DNA from: Neoechinorhynchus agilis
Lineage: Eukaryota; Animalia; Acanthocephala
Direction of reading: 5' to 3'
Assembly: GCA_051530055.1 (NCBI GenBank)
Contig: CM121342.1
Span: forward strand, 9,811,480-9,875,479
DNA: 64,000 bases
In this document: positions 12,302 through 25,521 of the stretch, in pieces
Numbering within the stretch: the stretch's first letter is position 1
How the letters are laid out: each line of letters opens with the position of its first letter
The notes under the pieces: generated by a model
Seen by the model: only the letters and a program-made list of their open reading frames with translations
Databases searched by the model: none
Told to the model about the DNA's origin: nothing
Program-made: the position numbers and the translations under genes

Positions 12302-15300
12302 CTGATCAGAATGAAGAAAAGTCAGCGACTCATTGAGAAGGAAAACTAACGATCAATGCGGAAACGAAGCCCAATGTTGCCTATGTAATTTTAAGAAAGC
12401 TAAGACATTCTCGGTTCAACCAGTCTAACATTCAAGTGCGTTTTTTCTAAGACACTTTGCTTACAGCGACCTGAGTGTAAGAGCATATATAAGCAAAAAT
12501 ACGTCTTGACAATTCAGCAAATATAAAAACCTTGAGACAAAAAAATTCTCTTGATTTTCACAGAATTAAAGAAGAGCCAATATTCGCTCACCGGAAAGAT
12601 TAAAAATCGAGCACTTAGAAGTGGTCCGTGGCCCAATTTCGAATCAAAATAAATTATACGCTGCAAATAACAAAAAAAATTATCCATGATTTGGGAAGGC
12701 TAAAGTGCAGGAAAACGTGACAAGCGTTCTATATAAATAAAAAATCTTCGCAAACATTCGGAAAGTACATAAAAACTGCCTCTAAGTGGCACTCAAATGA
12801 GTTTGCAAAATGGATCGCGAAATAAAAACAAGCAGAAATGATCTCAGTCAAGACCATTTAATGTCGTTAATGAAACAATATATTTCTGTAATGGTTAGGT
12901 AAATTACCAGAAAGTACTTTGACTTGAGCGGATGTTTTGAAAATCTTCCCATCATGTTTTAAAACCAATATTTTAAGGATAAATGTACTCGCCGATACTA
13001 ATTTAAAGAATTTAGCAGTGCATAAGAACAGTGAATATTCATTCTTGTATATCTTCAGAATCGGTTCGATCGATTTCTAAAATAAATGATTCGGGAATTC
13101 CTTATATTTTTCGAAAAGTCGTTAACTTCTAAAAAAATCCATAATTAGAAATATATCAGATTGATTGAAAGAAAAATCGACTAAAGATGTAGCACATTTT
13201 AAAATTCGGTTCTTGTCACTCTCATGGACATATTTCATGATCTACAAAAATTTTTGGCAATATTTTGATTTCTTAAGGCATATAAATATAATTGCTCAAT
13301 TTCGAGCGAGAAAAAAGCGCTAAAAGTATTGATATTTTAAGAAGAAATTCCAGAGGTTGGCGACATTATCAAAGTGGGAATGCATAGCAAGGAAAGACAT
13401 TTTGCATTGAACATCAGCAAGAAGTAGACGACGCGAGTTGGGAAGAAGACGGCGACTGGGAAGCTTCATTAAAAGGTTAAGGAGCGTCCGGAACACGATT
13501 TGCCGCAACTATTCGGAATCTGCGAGGTTTATCTATTTTTAACTTTCTCAAATTGGAAATATCGTTAAAGACATTTTTTGAAATCTCAAAAGGTTACGAA
13601 TATTAAAAAATGAAATGATTAAATTTAGGGATTGAAGTTAAACTTAAAAACTACAGTAAAAGACTGCTGTGAACCACAATAGATTAAATCAAAAGCAAAG
13701 ATTGATCAACGTTTTCTGAATGAAGTCAAATCAACTTGGGAAGATCAGAAAATGTTGATATTGATCGGCATTAACGGCCAATAGGTAGCCATTGATTTTT
13801 CCAATCATTGTAATTCTTTCTTAACATCAGGTAGAGAAAAATCATTGATTGCATATGAAAAAAAGCATCTCCTACGATTTGAGTCGCTGATTTCTTTTTT
13901 ATTGAACTTTCATTTCCGATATAATAACATTTTAAGAAATTAATGGTTATTAAAATGTTCCGAAATCGTCTGAGATGCAGATTAAAAATTTTTATGGATT
14001 TTTACTTTACAGACAAAAATTTCGTTTTTTAATGGTTATTTTTATGACGAAGAAATTTAAATAATTTTAATTTAAAATCACTCACATATTTAAAAACTTA
14101 CAAACAACCTTGATCAAAAGGCGTTCACAAGATTGTGCCTAAACCAATCGGATTTTAAAATAAAATCATTTTAACTTTTCTACGCCATAAAACAACCAAA
14201 ATATGAACCGTTCAATCTGTTTTTTTTATAAAAACCCATATTATACGGATAAAATATATAATTTTGCTCGTAATTTATTTTGCCAATCATGAATTTAGTT
14301 TAAAATACTTGAAGAATTTTAGGCCCATAGTTTAAAATCTTTTTTTCGGGAACGTGATCCGCTCGCATCAAACAATCGCCACAAATTATTTAATTAATGA
14401 TTTTTTAAATTTTAAGAAATAAAGCGAGATTTAATTTCAAGTTTATTTTCATGATAAAATTCGAATTAGCGCAATAAAAGATCTTTAATTTGAAATTAAA
14501 TAACGATGAAAATCAATTTATCGCGGTTATTGATTTAAATTCAGGAAAGCTTCTTTAGAATCTTACGCTTAGCAATATATCACGAGGCGGATGCAGCAAA
14601 TTTGGAGAATTCAACGATATTCATAACCGCTGAGAGGTCAGACTGAGAATTGAGCCTCGAATTGAGCGATGAAATCCGCAATTATTCACCTTTATTTATT
14701 TTAGCGCTATTCTTTTTTTAGAGCTTGAGTCGAAGCCGCGGCTAATCGATTTCTATAAGCATTTGGTTATTGGTGTTGGACTAGAGACGATCATTGGCTG
14801 GTAATATAACTTCAAATGTCGACTCAAAGATCGACGTTTTATTCTGTTAGAAAAGAATCGAGATAAACGCATTGTGCAAAGTCGTCAACTAGACGATCGA
14901 TTGTGACTTTTTAGTAAAATTGGCACTTTCGAACTGATTTTTACTTTTAACAATTGCAACTATCTTTAAGAGTTATGAAAAACCTTTTAACTTTCATAAA
15001 TTCACTTTTTATTTCCCGTTTTTCGCCCATTACGGAAAATTAAATTTTTTACACCAAAATTGTCCATTTTTTCGTTTAAGATCAACTCATTTTTTCGTAT
15101 TGTGAATTATCTGGGTGGATTATTTTATAGTTATGTTCTAAAATTCCAATCGGGATTCTTTTTTTCACAACAGGAGAGACGTTAGCTTCTTGCTTTAAAT
15201 ACAAATAATCTTTAACTTGATCGACAATTAACTCAGCGATTTTCTCTGCTAAAATCTTGACTTATAAACTTCAATAAACGAAAATTCATTCAAATTAACA

Positions 15301-15808
15301 AAAAACGATCTATTTTTTTGGTTATGCATTTTCGTTAAATTTTAAATAATCAGAATAGTGGATACATCATCGAGGCAATGGAGGATAATGATGTTTTGCC
15401 GTCCCCATCGGAACTGTATATATCTTTAATATATCAAGATTATCCAATTAAAAATTAGATTCCATGATTAAATCGATTTTTTATGCACTTCGATTATCGG
15501 TTCAAAATGCACAAATCAATATTCACGAGTGCACAAAGCTCACCTTTTCTCGTTCCCATATCATTGAGCTATGTCTTTTTCTCGTAAAAGCGCAATGCGC
15601 ACTCATTTTAGAGCTAGATATTTACACAGAATACTTTTCGTTTCACAAGTGACTATCAACTTAGGGGAGTAACCCTTCATTTCCTCAATCGACGACTTAT
15701 GCTTTCCTTAATGGTCTCCACTCCCAAACGCACACTTTTTTCTTCGAACTCTAAAGCAATTTAAATTTATGCCTCGACTATTTTTGTTTTATAAATTCAG
15801 CGATTGAT

Positions 15809-16660
15809 TCACTCATGAACTGTAAGTACGCTCCTCAAGTATGGATCGTAAACGCACGCTGAAATAAACTCTTCTCGGTTGATCTTTTTATCACCAGTCA
15901 CATCGATCTTCGACAAAATCACTTTGGCTTTTTTCTTTGGACTATTGTCGCCCTTGCGATCATCAATCCCGTTGAGATCATACATTGTACTCAAAATATT
16001 AGCGAGCTCCTTCTCGTCCAGGACGCCGTTCTTATCAGTGTCGTACATATCAAAAGCTGCTGAAAGTTTGCTCTTTAAATCACCTAAATTATTTTTCCAT
16101 GAGTTGGCGTTTATCTGTCTAATGAGATTATAAGAACGAGCAAATCGAAGTGGAATTTTCTGCTTAGGAAATGAGTCGTGCCAAATGATGTGAAAATGTG
16201 CCATGTTTTGTAAACCAACCAGAAAACGAGACGTGTTCGTTATGCCACTTTTTTTGCAAAATCAAGAGAAAAATCACGACTATGTGGACTTTCGATATTT
16301 TCAAAACTAACCTCGTTGTGTAACAGCTATCGCAAGCATGAATTCGCAAAAATCGATTTTGCCACTATTGTCCTGATCGAAAGCTCTGAAGCTATTATCG
16401 CAGAATTTATCTATTTTCCTTCCCGGAAACAAGTGTGACGTTACTTCTTTGAACTTTTTCCTATCCAACAATCCATTGGGGCAATCTCTAATAAAACCGC
16501 TGAACCAGTGACGGATCTAAAAATTCTATTATTATTTTGTTCCTTCAGAATAAAAAGGACTCCAAACCTCAACGGGTGAGAAATCGGTGTTTGCAGCGAT
16601 AAGATCGATTTGTTGGTCAGTAAGCTGAGTTGGATCAGATTTGGATTTTGAGCTACCCAT
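15809..16660 (-). CDS. Neuronal calcium sensor family EF-hand protein (neurocalcin/hippocalcin/NCS-1-like), N-myristoylated; 3 exons
   Basis: Reads MGSSKSK..TDFSPVE|IRHWFSGFIRDCPNG..FRAFDQDNSGKIDFCEF..RG|DLKSKLSAAFDMYDTDKNGVLDEKE..DVTGDKKINREEF..DP. Splice phases are compatible. Confidence 0.92.
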
Positions 16661-17299
16661 TTATTCCAGAACTTCCTTATAGGTTTGTAATTTTCTAGAA
16701 ATTGTTGGTGTGCGTGCTTGATGGAAGTATGTGTAAGAAGTTCCTCGCTCTAATATACAAACTAATGTCTCGCATACTTGGCACCACAGCACAGGAGTCT
16801 ATCAGGAAAGTAAATCAGACACGAAGGAGAATCGTGCCTGATGCCAACCACTACCGAGGAAGAGGAGGAGACGCCTTGCTTCAAGGCGGTTGGAAGCCAA
16901 AGACGGAATTTTAACTGCCAATTGACGCATGCAGATTAAACGATACGCTCCCTCCCTCCCCCCCTCAGCGACGGCACTAGGGTACTAGAAGGTGCTGATA
17001 ATACCATAGAGATCTGACGTTCCACACTCATTGTGTGCGTGATCACAACGAATATTTCTTTCAACATATACGCGAAAATATTTTCTGTGCCACTTTATAC
17101 TTTCTCCTTTGCGTGCTAAGAAACGAAAATATGGGGTTTTCTTCTTTTAAATTTAAACATTTTGTCCTGAAAATCAATAGCAAAAACGACAGTAAAACGC
17201 CTACCTTTATAGATGCTACATCTAATTTTAGATGATTTCTGTCATTTCTACTATGTGTGCTATAAAGAAAGCATGATTCAATCAACGTCAATGCGGTAA

Positions 17300-18300
17300 T
17301 TGACTCTGTTCTAGATCAGTTACATGTTGCTCAGCAATCAATCCTTCAAGTTTGACATGTTGTCTTTTGGAAATGCCGAAAAGCCCAAGAGTTGGAAGTA
17401 CGATTGAAGGAACTTATTTAGAATTAATAGATCCAAAGGGGATTTTTATATGCGTGTGATTGTTCCGGTTGTGGCTGCATGCAACAACTCATTGGAACTC
17501 CAGCAACCATTTTGACAATGCAACTTGTTGGAAAATCTTTACTGGAGAAAAGTGGTTGATTCTCTTAAGGAGAAATGCACTCTTTTTATGTTAATAGACA
17601 TGTTTTAGATGAGATGCATAATTTACAAATGGATTTGACTGAATGAAATCTCCTGGTAAACTGTTCAATGATTACGTTTTTCGCATTAAAAGTCGTTTTT
17701 TTTTCAAAAAAAGAACACAAGTGAAATGACCGTGGTTTTTCAACAACAACCTATTTTTTAGATGATCAGAATGTCCAATAAAAAATATGGAATTTTTGTC
17801 GTTTGTGTTGAAATTTTTTTGGATCTTTCAACGGCATTCGCGTGCAAATCTAGTTTGTTTTGAACAATGTTATTCGGTAATCTGCCTGGATTCTGAGCTA
17901 GATTATTTCCAGAATATAACATAACTGATTATAAAATAGCATACCTTTGACAAAGACCAATTTCAAGTCAATTTTTCCTTTGAAACTTTAAAGTTAACGA
18001 ATTTAGTGCCGGTTTGGTTGATTGTTGTGTGACAAAAACAAATAATCGGGAAAATATTTCTCGCTTTCCAAAATATAAATGGTAGCCATTGATGTGACGA
18101 AAAAGCATTATAACGAGTTCAGGATACATCAAAAGCGCTTCACTTGACTTTCTACTCTAAAAGAGTCGCACTTCTCAGTTTTCAACTCACATGACTAGCG
18201 GCTTCCTAGTCCGTTTTGCTCATGCAAGAAAATTGAAAGAAAAAGCCACTTTTGAAGACATTTATGTAAGTAAAGGTTCTCGTCCATAGCTTTACCGACA
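17300..18300 (+). mobile_element. Highly decayed LINE reverse-transcriptase remnant
   Basis: Only fragments remain: IVPVVAACNNSL (~17460, cf. I..PL..I.N.SL) and FLDLSTAF (~17815, cf. FLDLSKAFD). Many stops. Confidence 0.4.
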
Positions 18301-20190
18301 TTTAACCTTCTGCTTTTAAAGTTTATCGAGCCACCATTTATTGCTGAAACGCTTACTGATAGCTATAAAAATAAACTTTAAGCGACGGATTTTACGTCGA
18401 AGTTTCGCAACAATTTAACGGGCAAGTGTAAAATCTGTTGTGAACGAGTTTGCATTACTTTGTATCAGCAAAATTTACAAGTTGAGACTTAAGTTATTCT
18501 TAGCTGGTGATTTAAATAATTTGTTTTTATTTATACGTCGTATGTTGTTTAAAAAATGCTTAAACTCAACCTGATGATTTTCTTACTGGTTTGCTTTTTT
18601 GTACATTGTAAAGTCTTCTTTTACCGTAAATGCGCGTTTCGTGTGTTGAGTTTTGATTTGTCCTGGTTAACGAACGATAAAAAATTGCTTTTAATTGGTC
18701 CACAAAAATATAAGTGATAAAATGTCTCCTTTAGTTTGCTCAAAAATATCAATACATTTCCTTTGAGATTATCTTCATACCACCTCTTATTTTATATTCT
18801 TTCATTCACGCGCTTATCTGTGAAACTGCAATGAATAAATAGCTTCTCGCCCAACTTTTCGTTATATTTCCAAGCGCTATATTTTCCCTTCCTATTGACA
18901 TTCACAAAGTAGAATTGGCTACATTTCGTTTAAGCCTGCAAATTACGAATGCCTCGGCGATCAGCAAATCCTAAAATAACATCAGGCCCATTTTGTTGAT
19001 TTTCCTTCTAAGGAAATTTGCGCAAATCTGAGCGGCGCACAACCGTGCTTTTAATATTCACTTATTTTTATGCCATTCAATAATCAGTCGCAATATCGAC
19101 ACAAATTTTTGTTCAAAACACAAAATATGATTTACAGGCTTGAAAATAATCATTAGATCATTTGTTTTTCGGAATTCGGTATTGCTAGGTTCCATTATTT
19201 GGACAGATGATATTCATGCTGACAAACCGCGTTTCTCTAAATTTTAAATAATTTAACACTAAAAATCATTGTAGGTATGGAAACGAGCTTGAATACTGCG
19301 TTATACTTTTCATGAATATTTTATTAACCACTTCTTGCTAAAGATTCGAGGAGGTCGAAAGTCTTTGGTCCTTTTTTTGTTTTTACAGTTCAGACTTAAT
19401 CCGAAGAGCGTAGTGTATCTTTATCTTGTAATTTGGAATGCGTTCGTTGGATGATGTGAGTTTCTATAGCTTACGAAACATCATTAGAAGATGATTACTG
19501 TAACCAAGTTGAAATTTAAAAGCAGACTTGGTGTCTTTTCTTGATTTATTGTTGATATTTCATACATATTTTGTTCATAAGTTTTTGCTTCATCGTCATT
19601 TGTTTGATTCTAGATATAGTTCGTTTCTATCAATCCAAACGACCTTGTTTCCTGATCTCTCAATTTATATTGTCATAGTTGTTGACGAACTTGACTAAAC
19701 GAACGTATTATGTTCATGTACGTGTATCCGATCTAACCAAATAGGTTTACACTTGATTTGAAAGATGCGTCTCTTCAATCACAAATAAAATCCTTCGAGA
19801 ATATAGACCATGTTTGAACATTGAATTGCTCATGTTCTTATATAGCGGAAAATTTAAAAGAATTTATTAGATCCGATATTTCAGAGGTACAACAACCTTG
19901 TGTGTCGAAATATCGAATTCAATAAATTACTTCAATTTTTTGTGCCATATAAAAACAACATAGACTATATTTTACAATTATAGAACACAAATGGTAATAC
20001 TACTTCTCTAAGAAATGTCCTCATATTCTCAAGGTAGACTGGAGGCTAAGAAATATTTTGCGATATATCCTTATGTAAAAACCTATCCTTCTCCGTTTTT
20101 TGGAACGAAGTCTTTTACATGCGATATCAATTTGAATTTTGATACTTTATTCGCTTTGAATCCTCATTGTTAATGTTTATTTGTAGCTGT

Positions 20191-20585
20191 GAAAAATTAA
20201 AGGAATTAATTCCGATTGTTTTCGGCAAGACGCAATCTTAGGGTGTTAAAGTGTTTAATCCGCAATGACAACCTTGATCAAAAGCGTTCAAGATTATGTC
20301 TCGTGATAAAAACAATTGGATTTAATTCCTTTAATTTTTCACCGCCACAAAACAAGCAAATAATTTTGTATTGAATGGTTTTTTATGGCAGTAGAAAATT
20401 AAACGAATTTTCGTTAAATCCGATTGTTTTTTCGGCACGCGAAACAATCTTGAACGCATTTTGATCAATGTTGTTAAAGTGTTTAATCCACAATGACAAC
20501 CTTGATCAAAAGCGTTCAAGATTATGTCTCGTGCTAAAAACAATTGGATTTAATTCCTTTAAGTTTTCACCGCCACAAAACAAGC
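20191..20585. repeat. Two tandem palindromic elements (subfamily C, TTGAT core variant)
   Basis: The first palindrome runs GAAAAATTAAAGGAATT..AATTCCTTTAATTTTTC (20191-20340); a second copy spans ~20400-20585. The loop contains GTTAAAGTGTTTAAT. Related single arms occur at 14101-14156, 33574-33645(-), ~40805-40885 and 46195-46320(-). Confidence 0.7.
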
Positions 20586-21418
20586 ATACATTTTTGCACA
20601 ACAATGTACGGTCTCAAGAATGCCATTAAATCAACTATCGTAATTTTAAAAAACTAGAGTTTGCTAAGGAATGGAGATTCGTGATTCATTTGATTATGGT
20701 CAGGCACTTAGAAACGGATACTAAAAAAAGGACCTCCATAATTTTCTGTGTTAAAAATGATTTGAAATAATGATCTACTTCAATTTAAATTACAAGTTTA
20801 GATATCTTTAAGGAAATCTTAACAAAGTAAAATTTAATAGACCTTGAAAATTAAGGCAATGGCTAAACTCGGTTCATTTTCGTTTGGAATGCATGGACAC
20901 AAAATGAAAAGTTCAATTTTAACCGCAAAAAGGAGGTACAATGTTTAAATTGCAATTGATAAAATGTTCGTAAAGTGATGGCTTTCATTGGATTTTCGTC
21001 GAGATGTGTCCTCCACATTTATTTGAGATGCGTTTTTCGCTCTTTCTCTACTGTCTCAATCTGCGCAACAGTGTGCACGACAGTTTTCCTGCGCATACTC
21101 CTCTTTCGAAGCTTGAGGGCAAAATTACATTATTGATCTTCGCCTCCAGCCTTCATTAATTAGAATCTGATTGGTTTGGCTGTTTTTTAAACTACTGGTC
21201 ATTTTAGATAAATATTTTTCATGGTGCGGCACGCGAGGAAAGCGACAGGTAGACCGCAGAACAAGGTAATTTTCATGTAGATATCACTTATTCATTTTTG
21301 TTAAAAAATAAACTTCATTTGAGCACAGACAGCATCATGCCGGGCTGCATCGACTACTGTAAAAAAGCGACAAAATGAGTCCGAGGACCAACTGGGTGAA
21401 AACGAACGAAAGCGTCTC

Positions 21419-22123
21419 ATGTCCGAATCTGATTCACCTAACGTAGGTTCGGTGGTTCAAGCTTCCATTTCAGCAAAGAAAAAGGCGGCCATAGTTTGTC
21501 CAGAAATGGTCTACTATTGTTTTGATACGATCAATCGATATCTTTGCTCTCAATCATCTTCTTCAGGTACAACACCAATTGTAAGTTCAAAAGAACTTCC
21601 ACAATTCAGCGATGATTCGTTTCCTTTGTTCGTTACATGGCATGTTGGTCGTGAGAAACACTTGAGAGGATGTATTGGTACATTCTCAGCTACTCCTCTT
21701 CGGCGTGGTCTACAGGAATTCGCTATAAAGAGTGCGTTTCAAGATACCCGATTTTCCCCAATAACCCACGGAGAGCTTTCAAGGCTACAATGCACTGTCT
21801 CCCTTCTAATAGACTTTGAACCGATTGATTCGTTCATAGATTGGGAGATAGGAATTCACGGAATTCGACTTGAGTTCAAAATACACGGTTCGTCCACTTA
21901 TTCAGCAACGTATCTCCCGGATGTGGCTAGAGAGCAGGGTTGGAACCATAGACAAACCATCGATTCTTTGATAAAGAAATCGGGATATAATGGATTGATT
22001 GACGATGCGTTACGCCACCGAGTGAACCTTGTGCGTTATCGCAGTCAGAAGATAACGAAGACTTATGCTGACTACAGAGCTGCTATGGGGCAAGGACTCA
22101 AAACAGTTGACGTGTGCGCTTGA
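21419..22123 (+). CDS. AMMECR1: AMMECR1 family protein
   Basis: Contains FPLFVTW, the LRGCIGTF signature, SAFQDTRFSPI..EL..L.CTVSLL..FE, DWEIGIHGIRLEF and SATYLPDVAREQGW. A possible in-frame upstream exon lies at 21221-21265. Confidence 0.93.
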   Translation: MSESDSPNVGSVVQASISAKKKAAIVCPEMVYYCFDTINRYLCSQSSSSGTTPIVSSKELPQFSDDSFPLFVTWHVGREKHLRGCIGTFSATPLRRGLQEFAIKSAFQDTRFSPITHGELSRLQCTVSLLIDFEPIDSFIDWEIGIHGIRLEFKIHGSSTYSATYLPDVAREQGWNHRQTIDSLIKKSGYNGLIDDALRHRVNLVRYRSQKITKTYADYRAAMGQGLKTVDVCA

Positions 22124-22334
22124 TGAACTTTTTTGCAATGAAGTTTGATTGTGTTTTAAATAACAACAATTATCACGATTTAATTTTCGTTTTGTGATTC
22201 TATCCTTGAGAAATAACTGAAACCGTTCGGATTTCTAGTTGACGAAAAATTGCGCCGATTTGATATTAAATTAATCAACATTATTGATGATTTGTACACT
22301 GAAAAGACAACCGGGGAAAATTTTATTTCATAAA

Positions 22335-23258
22335 GGCAATTTTGAGATTTAACCTCGTTTAAATTTACAATGGGCAAAAGGAAGGAGAAAACGTCAAAAA
22401 TGTTTTTTTTGGAAATTCTAAAGCGCTTGATTTTGCTTTATTTGACTCTGCAAATCAGCAAAAGTATTTACAATTCTAATGAATTAAAAGGAAAGTCCTT
22501 TAAAAGTTTGTCGTTTGATTTTTTTTAATTTGAAAATAAATCGAAATTATAAACATTGAGCAAATGAGATTTTGGTTTCATGGAAAGTTAAAAAGATTTT
22601 ATTTTATAAAAAGACCCAATTATTATTTGACATGTTCGGCAATTTTGAGATTTAACCTCGTTTAAATTTACAGTGGGCAAAAGGAAGGAGAAAACGTAAA
22701 AATTTATTATTTTGGGAACTTCTAAAGCACTTGATTTTGCTTTATTTGACTCTGCAAATCAGCAAAAGTATTAACAATTCTAATGAATTAAAAGGAAAGT
22801 CCTTTAAAAGTTTGTCGTTTGATTTTTTTAATTTGAAAATAAATCGAAATTATAAACATTGAGCAAATGAGATTTTGGTTTCATGGAAAGTTAAAAAGAT
22901 TTTATAAAAAGACCCAATTATTCTTTGACACGTTAGGCAATTTTGAGATTTAAGCTCGTTTAAATTTACAGTGGGCAAAAGGAAGGAGAAAACGTAAAAA
23001 TGTTTTTTTGGGAAATTCTAAAGCGCTTGATTTTGCTTTATTTGACTCTGCAAACCAACAAAAGTATTAGCAATTCTAATGAATTAAAAGGAAAGCCCTT
23101 TAAAAGTTTGTCGTTTGATTTTTTTTAATTTAAGAATAAATCGAAATTATTAACATTGAGCAAATGAGATTTTGGTTTCGTAGAAAGTTAGAAAGATTTT
23201 ATTTTATAAAAAGACCCAATCATTCCTTGACATGTTCGGCGATTTTGAGATTTAAGCT
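22335..23258. repeat. Tandem repeat, ~300 bp unit, 3 copies plus a partial, overlapping the DPH3 last exon
   Basis: GGC(A/G)ATTTTGAGATTT recurs at 22335, 22638, 22936 and 23238. Confidence 0.92.
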
Positions 23259-23505
23259 GGCCTGAAAATAAGCATTATTTTTCTAAAAAAAGCGATAATC
23301 TTACCATATCATAAATTACTTTAATTTTCAATGAACAACTTGGGCATGTAGCAATGTCATTTTCCTCGTTCAGCAATGTTTCTATGTGTATTTCGAATTC
23401 ATCTCCACATGGACACGGATACTTAAATATTTGTCGGTCTCGATCGTATACAAATTCTTCAATTTCGATTTCATCAAAAATATCACCTTCCTCCTCGGTG
23501 GCCAT
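23220..23505 (-). CDS. DPH3: Diphthamide biosynthesis protein 3 (CSL zinc finger), 2 exons, ~80 aa
   Basis: Reads [36 protein letters not shown]. The GT-AG intron 23304-23262 (43 nt) joins a last exon [13 protein letters not shown]. Confidence 0.93.
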
Positions 23506-25134
23506 CTAAAACATTTAGAGCAAAAAATCCATCTTAATTAGAACAAAAATTTCATTAATAATTTCTGAATGACGGGATTATTGCGTTCTTTTTTGATTTG
23601 AAACCTTCAATAAATTAAAAAGATTTCTTTTCCAATAAATCAGCTCAAAAATCGACTTCTTGCATAAAATCTATTCGAGAGTTAAGCCATTGCTTTATAA
23701 AGACGGTCTAAAATTGTTTCCGATTGCTTTAAAAAATTAGTTAGGTCTTTAATCGGAAATCGAAATTGCTAACACAAACCCTAGGCATGATTAAAATTTA
23801 GAAACTGGAATGTTGTCGAGAATTATTTTCGTTTTAGCTTGACATTCATGAATACGACAATTAATGCACACGAGTGATACAGAAGAAGAAAAATGGAGTA
23901 GTCGTTGATTCGTGTTCGTTGAGCTTTGGCCTTCAAATTGATCAAAAAAGCAAACAGGTACTTTTGTTGGCAACAAAGCTGGCTATAAACTCAGTCTGCG
24001 AGTCCCACCAGATAAACTATTTGACAATGCTTCTTTTAAATTGTAGATTGACTGAAGAAGGCCAACGAAAAGGCCGAAAATTTCCAAGTATTTTCTGAAT
24101 CAAACATCGCTAATTAAAAACCCAAACTCATTTGTTTTTTAATTTGGTACGGAAAAACGATTTGGGAATTTTTACCTTATTAATATTAAGGCAAAAATCA
24201 ATGATCTGATCGAAATGAACGTCCCAGCACCTTCCATTGGCTCGATAAATCAGACGGCTTAATTTTCATCACCAAAAACTTTAGTTGTTTCATTCAGTAT
24301 CCATTTGTTGCCTTTTTCATTGTTAATAATTTTATTGCTTAGGCACAGGCTTGATTCTGTCCTTTTGATGAAAATGTTTATTAAAATACGAGAGTCGAAA
24401 CGTCAATTTTGTTATATAACTTGATTTTCGGTCTTGCGATCTAAAGAGCATACAAAAAAGGGCTTGTATTTGAGTGAGTATGCCGTGATTTTTGAGCACT
24501 CACTGTGTTGTGTGTTTTCAATACGATTTATGAGTCGGATAAACATTCCGAGAAAAATATGGGATATTTTCGGTTTTCCGGCACTATATAAACGATATTG
24601 CGGAAATGCCTCTGGCTGCGTTTTTACATAAGGAATATAACGGATTCCATCGAACGACTGAACGTCCTTATGTCTGTAGCTGCAAAACCTGTGAATCGGG
24701 ACAAGGACGAGTTCTTGAAATTTCTTTTTTAGACTCAGAAACGATTTAAAAAGTATTAAAGAATTTTTATTGTCTTGTAGATTGTTTTACATCGTTGATT
24801 TAACGCGAGTAAACGAAAGGATCGTCTTAAAATTTGAAGTGTTATGAAATACAAGAAATATGTGATTTGCCCCACCGTGTATTTATTTTTATTTATCTTA
24901 AATCACATACACTAAGGGCCTTACGGCAGCGACCGTGTAGTTCGACTGCTCGTTTTAAAATTTCAAGTCGAAATATAAAAGTTGCGTAATTTTTAAGTAT
25001 AGCCAAACACTACACTGCGCCGGTATGTTGTTTTAGAAATTTAAGTCAAGTTTCAACGCGCTAAATATGGTAGCAAAGACGGTTCACGTTTCCTGAGCTT
25101 ATAAAGAACCATCGATTTCTGATTTTTTTAGATA

Positions 25135-25521
25135 ATGATTATGATGCAAGCGATAGCGATATTCGTTCTCTTTGGCGTTGTCAAATCACTGGAGTTCAAT
25201 TCGACAAATACCGATATTGCACTTGATCCAAAGTTGGACGTATATAGAGATGTGATTAGCAGACATTTAAAAACGATGGGATTAGAAGATGTTTCATCGG
25301 TAGCTATTGAAAGTGCTAAGGAACAAGAAATGGATGAACGGAAAGAGTTGATGGTAAAATACAGAGCTGATCTAAAGTCTGGGTTACCTTTAAAATGTGA
25401 GATTATGACTCAAAACGAATTTGGACAAGACTTCAACTCAAGCAGCTTTTCGGGTTCTTGCAAAACTGAAGTACAAAGTCCTTTGCTTTCAAAGGTCAAT
25501 CCTAGCTATGCCATACCTTAA
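25135..25521 (+). CDS. Hypothetical secreted protein (3' end uncertain)
   Basis: 128-aa ORF with a signal-peptide-like N-terminus (MQAIAIFVLFGVVKS) and protein-like composition. No family recognised. Confidence 0.45.
   Translation: MIMMQAIAIFVLFGVVKSLEFNSTNTDIALDPKLDVYRDVISRHLKTMGLEDVSSVAIESAKEQEMDERKELMVKYRADLKSGLPLKCEIMTQNEFGQDFNSSSFSGSCKTEVQSPLLSKVNPSYAIP

Noticed and set aside
19440-19700. Possible decayed GIY-YIG endonuclease of a Penelope-like element
   Set aside because: Only vague fragments in different frames, with no recognisable catalytic motifs.
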